From a virus (lineage: Duplodnaviria; Caudoviricetes): a DNA stretch of 36,198 nucleotides. Below the pieces are notes generated by a model. That model saw nothing but the letters and a program-made list of their open reading frames with translations. It had not been told where the DNA came from and searched no databases. A program made the position numbers and the translations under genes. This document shows, piece by piece, positions 25,633 through 34,973 of the stretch (the stretch's first letter is position 1; every line of letters begins with the position of its first letter). The stretch spans positions 1 through 36,198 of IMG/VR virus record IMGVR_UViG_3300025608_000047; one strand, written 5' to 3'.

Positions 25633-27588
25633 ATGGATTATGAAAATCGTTCACTAATGTTAGCTGGCCTAGAAAACTGGGTGATGAACAAATGCGATCA
25701 GTGGCGTGACCACTATGAAGCAAACTATGAATCAAAGTTTGATGAGTATTATAGACTGTGGCGTGGTATCTGGGATCCTTCAGATAAAATGCGAGAGTCA
25801 GAGCGTTCACGACTGATCAGCCCTGCATTGCAACAAGCGGTAGAGTCTGCTGTTGCTGAAGTGGAAGAAGCGACATTTGGGCGTGGTGTTTGGTTTGATA
25901 TTAAAGATGACTTAGGTGATCAAAACCCTGTAGATGTCCAACAGCTCCGTCAGCAATTAGCAGAGGACTTTCAGAAAACACAGGTACGTAAAGCTGTTGC
26001 AGAGTGTGTATTGAATGCGGCTATCTTTGGTACAGGGATGGGCGAGATTGTACTGACTGAAAAGAAAGAGATGCGTCCAGCAACACAGCCTGTACTCGAT
26101 GGTGCTATGGCGGCTTACGGTGTGATGGAAACAGATCGCTATGTTGTAAAGCTACGCCCTATCTTGCCACAGAACTTCCTCATTGATCCTGTAGCAACCT
26201 CCGTTGAAGAAGCACTAGGTGTGGCGATTGACGAGTTTGTACCCCGTCATCTCGTGCAGGACGGTATTGAAGCCGGTATCTACCGCAACATTACATTAGA
26301 GAATACCTATACTGACGTAGATTTAGAAGCAGACAAGCAGTTAGTGATGTACGATGAAGACAAGATTCGTCTCACAAAATACTACGGCTTAATCCCATCA
26401 GAGTTATACGTTGAGGCAATCTCTGAAGGATTGTCGGAAGAAGAAATCGAAGATCTGGATACACCAGACACAGAGTATGTCGAAGCAATTGTTGTTTTGG
26501 CTAACGGCGGTCAACTGTTAAAGGTTGAAGAAAACCCCTACATGATGAAAGATCGCCCTGTTGTTGCATTTCCTTGGGACGTTGTACCGGGTCGCTTCTG
26601 GGGTCGAGGTATTTGTGAAAAAGGCTACAACGCACAGAAAGCGTTAGACACTGAACTCAGAGCTAGAATTGATGCGCTTGCGCTTACTGTACACCCTATG
26701 CTTGCTGTTGATGCTTCACGCCTACCTCGTGGAGCAAAAATGGAAATTAGACCCGGCAAGACCATCCTTACGAATGGCAATCCCGCAGAGATCTTACAAC
26801 CCTTCAAGTTCGGGGCGTTGGATGGGAACACCTTTAATCAAGCATCCGCTTTGCAACAAATGGTTCAGATGGCAACCGGTGCTATTGATGCCGCAGGAAT
26901 CCCCGGATCAATCAACGGCGACTCAACAGCCGCTGGCATCTCAATGAGCCTTGGAGCGATCATCAAGCGTCATAAGCGTACCCTGATCAACTTCCAAGAA
27001 GCTTTCTTACTTCCGTTCGTTGAGAAAGCCGCATATCGTTACATGCAGTTTGATCCTGAGCTATATCCTGTACAAGACTACAAGTTTGTTGCATCAAGCT
27101 CATTAGGCATCATCGCTCGTGAATATGAAGTCACACAACTTGTACAGCTTCTACAAACGATGGGGCAAGACTCACCGATGTATCCGATGTTGATTGAGTC
27201 TATCGTAGATAACATGAACCTGTCGAATCGTGAAGCAATCATCGAAGGGCTTCGTCAGGCGAATCAGCCTAACCCAGAAGAGCAACAAATGGCTCAACAG
27301 GCTCAACAGATGCAAATGGCTACACAGCAAGCTCAGTTAGATCTCTACACTGCTCAGGCAACTGAAGCAATGGCGAGAGCTAGAAAGAATGCTGTAGATA
27401 CTCAATTCACCGCTTACGAGGCTGAAACAGATCGATTAAAAGTTCTAGTTACAAACCTTGAACCCGGTGATGAGGATGAAAAGGAATTTCAACGGAGAGT
27501 GAAGATGGCAGAGTTGCTGTTAAAGGAACGTGCTATCGCCTCCGATGAAAAAATTGTCGATAAACAAATGAGGGAAAATAATCAATGA
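25633..27588 (+). CDS. Portal protein (P22-like)
   Basis: 651 aa after TerL; IFGTG, FLIDP, FWGRG; Gln-rich C-terminal coiled coil. Confidence 0.9.
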   Translation: MDYENRSLMLAGLENWVMNKCDQWRDHYEANYESKFDEYYRLWRGIWDPSDKMRESERSRLISPALQQAVESAVAEVEEATFGRGVWFDIKDDLGDQNPVDVQQLRQQLAEDFQKTQVRKAVAECVLNAAIFGTGMGEIVLTEKKEMRPATQPVLDGAMAAYGVMETDRYVVKLRPILPQNFLIDPVATSVEEALGVAIDEFVPRHLVQDGIEAGIYRNITLENTYTDVDLEADKQLVMYDEDKIRLTKYYGLIPSELYVEAISEGLSEEEIEDLDTPDTEYVEAIVVLANGGQLLKVEENPYMMKDRPVVAFPWDVVPGRFWGRGICEKGYNAQKALDTELRARIDALALTVHPMLAVDASRLPRGAKMEIRPGKTILTNGNPAEILQPFKFGALDGNTFNQASALQQMVQMATGAIDAAGIPGSINGDSTAAGISMSLGAIIKRHKRTLINFQEAFLLPFVEKAAYRYMQFDPELYPVQDYKFVASSSLGIIAREYEVTQLVQLLQTMGQDSPMYPMLIESIVDNMNLSNREAIIEGLRQANQPNPEEQQMAQQAQQMQMATQQAQLDLYTAQATEAMARARKNAVDTQFTAYEAETDRLKVLVTNLEPGDEDEKEFQRRVKMAELLLKERAIASDEKIVDKQMRENNQ

Positions 27589-27728
27589 TTACCCAACATG
27601 ATATGAATAAAATTTTAAAAGAACTGAACTCAGTGTTAGAAACAATTAACAATCGCTTAACGGCGTTAGAAGAGCAATCTAACAAGCCTAGTGCGACTGC
27701 AAAGAAGAAAGAACCTGTACAGTCTTGA
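27585..27728 (+). CDS. Small coiled-coil protein, 47 aa (not in ORF track)
   Basis: Hand translation MITQHDMNKILKELNSVLETINNRLTALEEQSNKPSATAKKKEPVQS; ATGA overlap with portal. Confidence 0.7.
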   Translation: MITQHDMNKILKELNSVLETINNRLTALEEQSNKPSATAKKKEPVQS

Positions 27729-27753
27729 CTTTTGGCATAATTTATGCTAGAAT
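27725..27753 (+). promoter_or_regulatory. Sigma70 promoter with a nested sigma54 element
   Basis: TTGACT-17-TAGAAT with an extended TG; TTGGCATAATTTATGCT (GG-N10-GC) occupies the spacer. Confidence 0.75.
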
Positions 27754-27786
27754 AAACTATATAGACAACGCACCATCAAGGAGAAT

Positions 27787-28038
27787 GTGTTGACCAAAGA
27801 AGACGAAAAGTATTACGAACGATACTTTGATCTGTTTGTTCAGCCCGGTTGGAAACAGCTTTTAACAGATCTAACAGAAAGTTTAAACTCTTACCGAATA
27901 GAGGATATTAAAGACGAAGCCTCGTTGAATCTGGTAAAGGGTGAAAGAGCAGTTCTTCATAGACTAATCAATTTTGAAACCTCTATGAAAGAAACATACG
28001 ATATGATTTTGGAGTCAGAACGTGTTGAAACGGTTTGA
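27787..28038 (+). CDS. Hypothetical head-module protein
   Basis: 83 aa, AAGGAG RBS, GWKQL and KGE motifs. Confidence 0.7.
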   Translation: MLTKEDEKYYERYFDLFVQPGWKQLLTDLTESLNSYRIEDIKDEASLNLVKGERAVLHRLINFETSMKETYDMILESERVETV

Positions 28039-28231
28039 TTTCAAATGCACAGAATGTAATCACATTGAAGAACAGTGGGTAGACTCTGAGGATAAACTAG
28101 CCACCTGTTATGAATGTGGACATACCGCCGTGAGGATAATCTCTCCGATCCGAACACATTACAAAGGCTCCGGTTGGCCGGACGCTGATGACAAGTGGGC
28201 TAAGGATCACGAAAGAGCCGCACGTAAATAA
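28022..28231 (+). CDS. FmdB-like zinc-ribbon protein
   Basis: FDFKCTECNH...CYECG..RIIS...KGSGW. Confidence 0.75.
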   Translation: MLKRFDFKCTECNHIEEQWVDSEDKLATCYECGHTAVRIISPIRTHYKGSGWPDADDKWAKDHERAARK

Positions 28232-28268
28232 TCACTTCCATAATGCTTTAACAGCACGGAGTAATAAT

Positions 28269-29075
28269 ATGGCAAAACTACTTGAGCGTTCTACAGAGGA
28301 CGACAACGAAGAGTATGCAACACTTGAGCAACCTGAAGAGGTCGCTGACGAAGTTCCTGAACAACCTGAAGAGGTAACTGAGCAGGAAGACGAAATTCCA
28401 GACAAATACAAGAACAAGTCTATTCAAGAGATTGTTCAGATGCACCAAGAAGCTGAAAAGCTTGTCGGTCGTCAAAGTTCTGAAGTTGGTGAGTTGCGTA
28501 AAATCGTTGATGACTTTGTTAAAACACAACTTGAGACACAAAAACAAAGCCCACAAGCACAGCAGGATGATAATGAAGACATTGATTTCTTCTACGATCC
28601 TGAGCAGGCTGTTAGAAAGGTAATTGACAGTCATCCGAAGATTAAAGAAGCTGAGGAATATACCAGACAAGCGAAGCAAGCATCAATCATCGGTAAGATT
28701 GAGCAGAAACATCCAGACTTCAAAGATATCGTCAATGACGAAGCATTTGCAGAATGGGTTAAAGCTTCAAAAGTCAGGACAGAACTTTACATTCGGGCTG
28801 ACCAACAATTTGACTTTGACAGTGCTGATGAGCTTCTAAGCCTCTGGAAAGAGCGCAGACAAGCTGTATCAAACACTGCAGATCTGAATAAAGCAGATCG
28901 TCAACGTCAGGCGAGAGCCGCCTCTACCGGGACTGCAAAGGGATCTGGCGAAGCGCCAAGTCGAAAGATCTATCGCCGTGCTGATATTATTGAACTCATG
29001 CAGAAAGACCCTAAACGGTATAATGCGATGTCTGATGAAATCATGGCCGCATACGCAGAGGGTCGTGTTAAATAA
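28269..29075 (+). CDS. Scaffolding protein
   Basis: Acidic and helical; PDKYKNKS, EVGELRK, AYAEGRVK end; directly before capsid; start after GGAG. Confidence 0.85.
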   Translation: MAKLLERSTEDDNEEYATLEQPEEVADEVPEQPEEVTEQEDEIPDKYKNKSIQEIVQMHQEAEKLVGRQSSEVGELRKIVDDFVKTQLETQKQSPQAQQDDNEDIDFFYDPEQAVRKVIDSHPKIKEAEEYTRQAKQASIIGKIEQKHPDFKDIVNDEAFAEWVKASKVRTELYIRADQQFDFDSADELLSLWKERRQAVSNTADLNKADRQRQARAASTGTAKGSGEAPSRKIYRRADIIELMQKDPKRYNAMSDEIMAAYAEGRVK

Positions 29076-29100
29076 CCTAAAGCATTAAGGAGCTTTAAAA

Positions 29101-30051
29101 ATGGCACTTGGTACTAACCATGTCACCAATACTACTGGGGCTACTTTCATCCCAGAGATTTGGAGTGACGAAATTGTAGCGGCATACGAGAAATCACTCG
29201 TACTTGCCAATCTTGTAAACCGCATGCCTATGACTGGCAAGAAAGGCGATACACTTCATATCCCTAAGCCTACTCGTGGCGATGCATCTGCTAAGACTGC
29301 TGAAGCTCAGGTCACCCTGATTGCGGCAACTGAGTCAGAAGTACAAGTCTCTATCGACAAGCACTATGAATACTCACGCTTGATCGAAGACATCACTGAT
29401 GTACAGGCGCTTGCGTCATTGCGTCAGTTCTACACTTCAGACGCAGGCTATGCACTTGCAAAGCAGGTCGATACTGACCTCTTTACACTTGGTAAGCGTC
29501 TTGGAGACGACAACGGTTCTGGTTCCGACTGGATTCACAGCAACTCATTCTACATGGATGCTTCTACAGGCCTCACAGCCTATGCAGTAGACACTGTAGT
29601 TCCTGCTGACATTTTCTCAGATGCAGGTTTCCGTGGCGCTGTCAAGCAGTTAGACGACAACGATGTTCCTATGGACAATCGTTTCCTCGTTGTACCACCT
29701 TCAGTCGTTCAGACTATCCGTGGTATCGACCGTTACAACTCTTCAGACTTCGTATCTGGACAGCCTGTAGCAAATGGAAACATTGGATCACTTTACGGTA
29801 TCCAAATCTATGTTTCTACTAACTGCCCTGTTACTGAAACAGCCGCTGAAAACGGCGCTACTGGTGGTGGCGAGTTGAAGGCAGGTATCCTTGGTCACAA
29901 AGATGCTATGGTCTTCGCAGAGCAAATGGGTGTTCGCACTCAAACTCAGTACAAGCAAGAATACTTGGGTGATCTGTTCACTGCAGACACACTCTACGGT
30001 ATTCAGGTATTGCGTCCTGAGTCAGCTTTGGCATTGATCTTCAACGCCTAA
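29101..30051 (+). CDS. Major capsid protein
   Basis: FIPEIWS, GDTLHIP, GYALAKQVD, DTLYG..LRPE; strong AAGGAG RBS; followed by a terminator. Confidence 0.92.
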   Translation: MALGTNHVTNTTGATFIPEIWSDEIVAAYEKSLVLANLVNRMPMTGKKGDTLHIPKPTRGDASAKTAEAQVTLIAATESEVQVSIDKHYEYSRLIEDITDVQALASLRQFYTSDAGYALAKQVDTDLFTLGKRLGDDNGSGSDWIHSNSFYMDASTGLTAYAVDTVVPADIFSDAGFRGAVKQLDDNDVPMDNRFLVVPPSVVQTIRGIDRYNSSDFVSGQPVANGNIGSLYGIQIYVSTNCPVTETAAENGATGGGELKAGILGHKDAMVFAEQMGVRTQTQYKQEYLGDLFTADTLYGIQVLRPESALALIFNA

Positions 30052-30059
30052 GCCCTACT

Positions 30060-30090
30060 GGGGAGTCTATTCAGGCTCCCCTTTCTTATT
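30060..30090 (+). terminator. Intrinsic terminator after the capsid gene
   Basis: GGGGAGTCT-ATTC-AGGCTCCCC followed by TTTCTTATT. Confidence 0.8.
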
Positions 30091-30109
30091 CTAATCTGGA
30101 GAGACTACA

Positions 30110-30751
30110 TTGGCTATCTTTCGTGGTACAGGTGGTGCAGGTGACGCTAGCGCAAATGTCACAATCAACCAAGTTACAGAGAAAGCATTAGAGGCAGAAG
30201 CCTCAGCAACCAGTGCCGCCTCTTCAGCCGCAGAAGCTCTTGCTTCTAAAAACGCTACACTCGAGTTCGGAGATGAAGTCAGTGTCAGCGCAACCACACT
30301 TTCTGAAGGATCGAGTGCTACAGTCTCTTATAATTCTGAGACGTATGCAATCTCCTTTGGTATCCCTACAGGTGCTACAGGCGCAACTGGCCCTCAAGGT
30401 GAGCAGGGAATTCAAGGTATCCAAGGCATCCAAGGTGAAAAGGGTGACACAGGCGATACTGGCCCACAAGGAATCCAAGGCGAAACAGGGCCACAAGGGC
30501 CACAAGGCATTCAAGGAATACAAGGCGAGACTGGTGATACTGGAGCTACTGGGCCACAGGGTGAACAAGGCTTACAGGGTATTCAAGGTATCCAAGGTGA
30601 AACTGGCCCCGCAGGCGCAGATGGTGCTGACGGTGTAGGTATTCCCGCAGGCGGTACTTCAGGTCAACTTTTAGTCAAAGCATCAGGCACTGATTACGAT
30701 ACAACATGGGCAGATGACAACGCTCTTGCATTTGCAATCGCACTAGGATAG
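30110..30751 (+). CDS. Collagen-like fibre protein
   Basis: TTG start after GGAG; long uninterrupted Gly-X-Y tract (GIQ/GPQ/GET); ends ALAFAIALG. Confidence 0.85.
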   Translation: MAIFRGTGGAGDASANVTINQVTEKALEAEASATSAASSAAEALASKNATLEFGDEVSVSATTLSEGSSATVSYNSETYAISFGIPTGATGATGPQGEQGIQGIQGIQGEKGDTGDTGPQGIQGETGPQGPQGIQGIQGETGDTGATGPQGEQGLQGIQGIQGETGPAGADGADGVGIPAGGTSGQLLVKASGTDYDTTWADDNALAFAIALG

Positions 30752-30755
30752 GACA

Positions 30756-31064
30756 ATGGCAAACACGTTCAAGAATTACACATCGGCATCTGTAGGCACA
30801 TCACCTGTGACGGTCTACACAGTGCCATCAGCAACCACTGCGGTTGTCATCGGGTGCAACGTAGCAAACCGCACAGCATCGTCCATTACTGTAGATGTAC
30901 AGCTAGGGTCTACCTACATCGTTAAAGGCGCACCAGTGCCTGCAGGATCAGCCCTGAGCGTACTGGACGGTAAGATCATTGCAGAGACTACAGAGACTAT
31001 TGTGGTGACATCTGATACCGCAAGCAGTGCTGACGTAATCCTGAGTGTACTGGAGCAAAGCTAA
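30756..31064 (+). CDS. Small beta-rich virion protein
   Basis: MANTFKN..VYTVPSATTAVVIG; located in the fibre module. Confidence 0.65.
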   Translation: MANTFKNYTSASVGTSPVTVYTVPSATTAVVIGCNVANRTASSITVDVQLGSTYIVKGAPVPAGSALSVLDGKIIAETTETIVVTSDTASSADVILSVLEQS

Positions 31065-31948
31065 TGGCAGGTTACATTGGTAAGTCACAGAGCGTAGTCT
31101 TAACAAACGAGAGTGATACGCTTGATGATGTTACTGCTCGTGGAGCTACGACAACCAACAACATAGATGTTGGCACAGTCACTGCGGATGGGTTGACTGT
31201 TGATACAAATACACTTCACGTTGATGCTACAAATAATCGTGTAGGGATTGGTACGACTAGTCCAGACCATTTATTAACAATTTCTGCAACAACTAGTCCG
31301 GTGCTTGAACTAGAGCAAACTTCAGGCGGGCCGTACAAAACAAACATTGTTCTCAACGGTAATGACACAGAATTTCGTGGAAGTAGTGGAAATATTGAGT
31401 TTTTTACTGGTAGCAACGATGGAGCATCTTCAACAGAACGTATGCGCATCGACGCCAGTGGTAGAGTAGGTATTGGAGGTGCAAGTGGTAAAGCGTGGAT
31501 TAGTTCAGACGCTAACGTAGGTTATTTTGGTGGTGATTCTGGGCAAGCAAACCATATATCTTTTTATGATGCTTTAGACCTTGTTCGTATTTATACCGCA
31601 GGTTCAGAACGCCTCCGAATCGACTCCAGTGGCAACCTCAAATTCAACTCCGGCTACGGCTCAGTCGCCACAGCGTATGGCTGTCGTGCGTGGATTCAAT
31701 TTAATATGAGTACCAGAGCAATAGCAAATTCTGGTGGCGTAACTAGTATCACTGATATTGCTGTTGGTCATTTCAGAGTTAATCTTTCTACTGCAACTCC
31801 TGACGCTAATTACTCAGTGCAAGTATCTGATAACTATGGACTGCCGTTTACTGAAACTTACACCACAAGCAATTTTAGAGTCAAAGCATACAACTCAAAC
31901 TTTGCACTGCGTGATTCGACTTTGTATATGGCCGCAATGTTTAGGTAG
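31064..31948 (+). CDS. Tail fibre protein
   Basis: RVGIGTTSP, repeated ER(M/L)RIDxSG, C-terminal CRAWIQFN domain. Confidence 0.75.
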   Translation: MAGYIGKSQSVVLTNESDTLDDVTARGATTTNNIDVGTVTADGLTVDTNTLHVDATNNRVGIGTTSPDHLLTISATTSPVLELEQTSGGPYKTNIVLNGNDTEFRGSSGNIEFFTGSNDGASSTERMRIDASGRVGIGGASGKAWISSDANVGYFGGDSGQANHISFYDALDLVRIYTAGSERLRIDSSGNLKFNSGYGSVATAYGCRAWIQFNMSTRAIANSGGVTSITDIAVGHFRVNLSTATPDANYSVQVSDNYGLPFTETYTTSNFRVKAYNSNFALRDSTLYMAAMFR

Positions 31949-31956
31949 GAAAAAAG

Positions 31957-32238
31957 ATGGCTCAACAAATTATTTACAAAACAGATGAAGGCGGTGTAGC
32001 AGTGATTATCCCAACGGATGAAGCATTGCAGTCTCACACCATTGAAGAAATCGCAGAGAAAGATGTTCCGGCAGGAAAGCCATACAAGATCGTCTCAGTG
32101 GATGACATTCCATCAGACCGCACTTTCCGCAATGCGTGGGAAGCAGACGAGTCAACACTGACTGATGGCACTGGTGGCGAATACGATATGTTTATCACTG
32201 ACCCTGCACATCCTGACTATGTGGAGCCAACAGAATGA
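31957..32238 (+). CDS. Tail-fibre-associated protein
   Basis: KDVPAG..IPSDRTFRNAW; follows the fibre gene. Confidence 0.6.
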   Translation: MAQQIIYKTDEGGVAVIIPTDEALQSHTIEEIAEKDVPAGKPYKIVSVDDIPSDRTFRNAWEADESTLTDGTGGEYDMFITDPAHPDYVEPTE

Positions 32239-32483
32239 TTACAGTGAATATGGACAAGGCACGAGAGATCAAGAAAGACATGATCCGTGCTGAACGCAAC
32301 CCAAAGCTAGCCGCATTAGATGTTGAGTTTATGCGAGCAGTAGAAGCAGGCGACACAGAAGCACAGGCTACCATTGCGGCACAGAAGCAAGCACTACGAG
32401 ACGCTACAGACGATCCTGCTATCGCAAGTGCTACAACACCAGATGAATTAAAAGCTGTTGTACCTACAGCATTGGCGGAGTAA
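32235..32483 (+). CDS. Tail fibre assembly-like protein
   Basis: IRAERNPKL..KQALRDAT pattern. Confidence 0.6.
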   Translation: MITVNMDKAREIKKDMIRAERNPKLAALDVEFMRAVEAGDTEAQATIAAQKQALRDATDDPAIASATTPDELKAVVPTALAE

Positions 32484-32486
32484 GAA

Positions 32487-32939
32487 ATGTCAGGTTACAT
32501 CGGTAACATCCCAGTCCCACAGGCTACCCAGACACGGGACAACTTCACAGCCACTGCAAGCCAGACTACCTTTACTACCTCTGGGTACACTCCGGGTTAC
32601 CTTGACGTATACCTCAACGGTGTACACCTAGACCCTACAGACTACACAGCCACTAACGGCACTGATGTGGTGTTGGCTACTGGAGCGACTGCAGGTGACG
32701 TACTATCAGTGGTGGCATTCACTACCTTTGAACTAGCAGGCCCGGCGGGTGCGGGATACTTCCTTGGTGAGAATGGTGCTACAGGCGACACTACGAATGG
32801 CCTAGGTGATATCTTCAGAGCGCATGAGGATGCACTAGACACTGCTGTAACGATCCCTGCTAACACGAATGCGATGGCGGCAGGGCCACTGACATTGAAC
32901 GCCGCAGTGACTGTCAACGGCACACTGACGATTGTATAA
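32487..32939 (+). CDS. Tail/fibre structural protein
   Basis: TASQTTF, VYLNGV, DYTATNG, AGP..TVNGTLTIV. Confidence 0.65.
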   Translation: MSGYIGNIPVPQATQTRDNFTATASQTTFTTSGYTPGYLDVYLNGVHLDPTDYTATNGTDVVLATGATAGDVLSVVAFTTFELAGPAGAGYFLGENGATGDTTNGLGDIFRAHEDALDTAVTIPANTNAMAAGPLTLNAAVTVNGTLTIV

Positions 32940-32948
32940 GGAACTGAG

Positions 32949-33464
32949 ATGGCTTCAGAGCTAATCGTACAAACACTCAAGGGGCCAACTAGCGGGGCCA
33001 ATGCGAACAAGATTCTGTTGGGGTCTGGTCAGGAACTTTATGCACCCGGTCATGTGATTCAGGTTGTTGAAGAAAGGTTTGGCACAACGCAACAAGATTT
33101 TACTGGTACAGCGTGGGCTGATTTTATGTCAGCATCAATAACACCTTCTTCAACATCAAGTAAGGTTCTTGTTCAGTTTAATATAGCGGGAATATATAAC
33201 AATAATACTGCCTCTCACGGATTGCGAGTAAGAATTAACAGAGATTCTGGAGATATGATTAGTCAAACACACGCTTATGTTAATTATCTTGGAACAAATG
33301 TGTCATTGATTGGTGATTGCTCACACGGCTTGTTAGATGCACCTACAACAACATCACAAGTAACATATGCTCTTCAAGTTTCCGCCACAACAGCTAATTT
33401 AATAAGGCTAAATGCTAATCTTGGTGATGTTAGTAGAATTTTATTAATGGAGATCGCAGGATGA
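32949..33464 (+). CDS. Putative receptor-binding/fibre-tip protein, paralogue 1
   Basis: GHVIQVV, ITPSSTSSKVLV, LMEIAG end. Confidence 0.65.
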   Translation: MASELIVQTLKGPTSGANANKILLGSGQELYAPGHVIQVVEERFGTTQQDFTGTAWADFMSASITPSSTSSKVLVQFNIAGIYNNNTASHGLRVRINRDSGDMISQTHAYVNYLGTNVSLIGDCSHGLLDAPTTTSQVTYALQVSATTANLIRLNANLGDVSRILLMEIAG

Positions 33465-33961
33465 CAACACTCTATGTAGACAACATCGCCCCGAATCTCC
33501 AGAGTAAGATCAGTGCGCCTAACCTTCAGCTTCCTAGTGGGAGTGTGATTCAGGTTGTGGAGGCAAGTACATACACCATCACAACTACTACTGGCACTTC
33601 TTTTGTAGACTCAAATATAGAGGCCACAATTACACCGTCTTCAACATCTAATAAAATATTAGTTTGGGCTTCAACTACAGTCGGTAAAAACGCTAATACA
33701 TATCTTGCATTTCGGTTTACAAGGAATGGCACTTCTTTAGGCTATTTGGGTGACCTATTGCAATTTACAAGTGATAGTAGTTGGTCTGCTACCCAAGCTA
33801 GTTTTATGCAAATAGATAGTCCAAATTCGACATCTGCATTAACGTACAAATTGCAGTTTGCAAACGAGGGCAATGCAGGTACAGCTTATACACAAGTTGA
33901 TGCAAGTGGCGATAGTGAACGTGGGCGTGGGCAAATTATCTTAATGGAGATCGCAGGATGA
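33461..33961 (+). CDS. Putative receptor-binding/fibre-tip protein, paralogue 2
   Basis: GSVIQVV, ITPSSTSNKILV, LMEIAG end. Confidence 0.65.
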   Translation: MTTLYVDNIAPNLQSKISAPNLQLPSGSVIQVVEASTYTITTTTGTSFVDSNIEATITPSSTSNKILVWASTTVGKNANTYLAFRFTRNGTSLGYLGDLLQFTSDSSWSATQASFMQIDSPNSTSALTYKLQFANEGNAGTAYTQVDASGDSERGRGQIILMEIAG

Positions 33962-34479
33962 GCAGTATTATCAAAGTAGATACCATCCAGACTGCGGCAG
34001 GTGGTACGCCAACAGCGGCTGACTTGGGGATCAATACGACAGGTAGTGTGTTGCAGGTTGTTCAGGATACTCAAACAACACAGGTTGTTGTGTCTGCTAC
34101 ATCTTTTATAGCATCTCCCTTGTCTGCGACGATAACTCCCTCTGCTACTTCATCAAAAATATTAGCAGTAGTTTCGTATCATGGCGGTCCTGTTAACAGT
34201 AGTGCGGCAGATGCAAACGCTACTTTTGCGCTTTCAAGGGACGCCGGTTCTACTTATTTAGCTTTTAATGGAATTCGTGGATATGATTATGGCGGAAGCG
34301 GAACAATCGTGTTTACCACAAATACTATGGTGTACTTGGACTCTCCATCATCGACATCATCTTTAACTTACACCGTATACCATAAGAAAAATGACGGTAA
34401 CTCTTTGTATTTATGTCCTAACGACTTAGACAACAGAGACACTCTGTCGTCAATCACCCTAATGGAAATCGCAGGCTAA
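33958..34479 (+). CDS. Putative receptor-binding/fibre-tip protein, paralogue 3
   Basis: GSVLQVV, ITPSATSSKILA, LMEIAG end. Confidence 0.65.
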   Translation: MSSIIKVDTIQTAAGGTPTAADLGINTTGSVLQVVQDTQTTQVVVSATSFIASPLSATITPSATSSKILAVVSYHGGPVNSSAADANATFALSRDAGSTYLAFNGIRGYDYGGSGTIVFTTNTMVYLDSPSSTSSLTYTVYHKKNDGNSLYLCPNDLDNRDTLSSITLMEIAG

Positions 34480-34490
34480 AGGAGAAACAC

Positions 34491-34964
34491 ATGAAGGTCT
34501 GTGCAAAATGCAACATAGAGAAATCTACAGATGCGTTTAGCGTAGAGCTTTATAGATCGGGTCACTTGAAGCCGTACTGCAAGCAGTGTTGTGCAGAGTA
34601 CGCAAAGCAGTACCGCAAAGACAACAAAGAGCGTGTAGCGCAATACAAGGCTAGTATCAAAGATCGTACATCTAAGTACAATAGGCAATACAAGCAAGAC
34701 AACCTAGCGGCGGTTGCAAAGAACGAAGCAAAGCGCAGAGCCAATAAACTAAACGCAACACCTGCGTGGCTCACAGAAGACGATAACTTTATCTTCAATG
34801 AGGTGTACGAAATGGCGAGAATACGGAGTGAAAATACAGGTGTACAACACCACGTTGATCACATCGTACCTCTACAAGGAATTGAGGCCAATGGGCTTCA
34901 TGTTTGGTGGAATTTGCAGATCATCCCTGCAAGTGAAAACTTGAGTAAAAGCAACAAACTTTAG
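34491..34964 (+). CDS. HNH endonuclease with N-terminal Zn finger
   Basis: CAKC..CKQC; HVDHIVPL..GLHVWWNLQIIPASENLSKSN. Confidence 0.9.
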   Translation: MKVCAKCNIEKSTDAFSVELYRSGHLKPYCKQCCAEYAKQYRKDNKERVAQYKASIKDRTSKYNRQYKQDNLAAVAKNEAKRRANKLNATPAWLTEDDNFIFNEVYEMARIRSENTGVQHHVDHIVPLQGIEANGLHVWWNLQIIPASENLSKSNKL

Positions 34965-34973
34965 GAGAATATT

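Noticed and set aside
32949-34479. Diversity-generating retroelement or shufflon
   Set aside because: No reverse transcriptase, no near-identical template/variable repeat pair and no invertase in the window.
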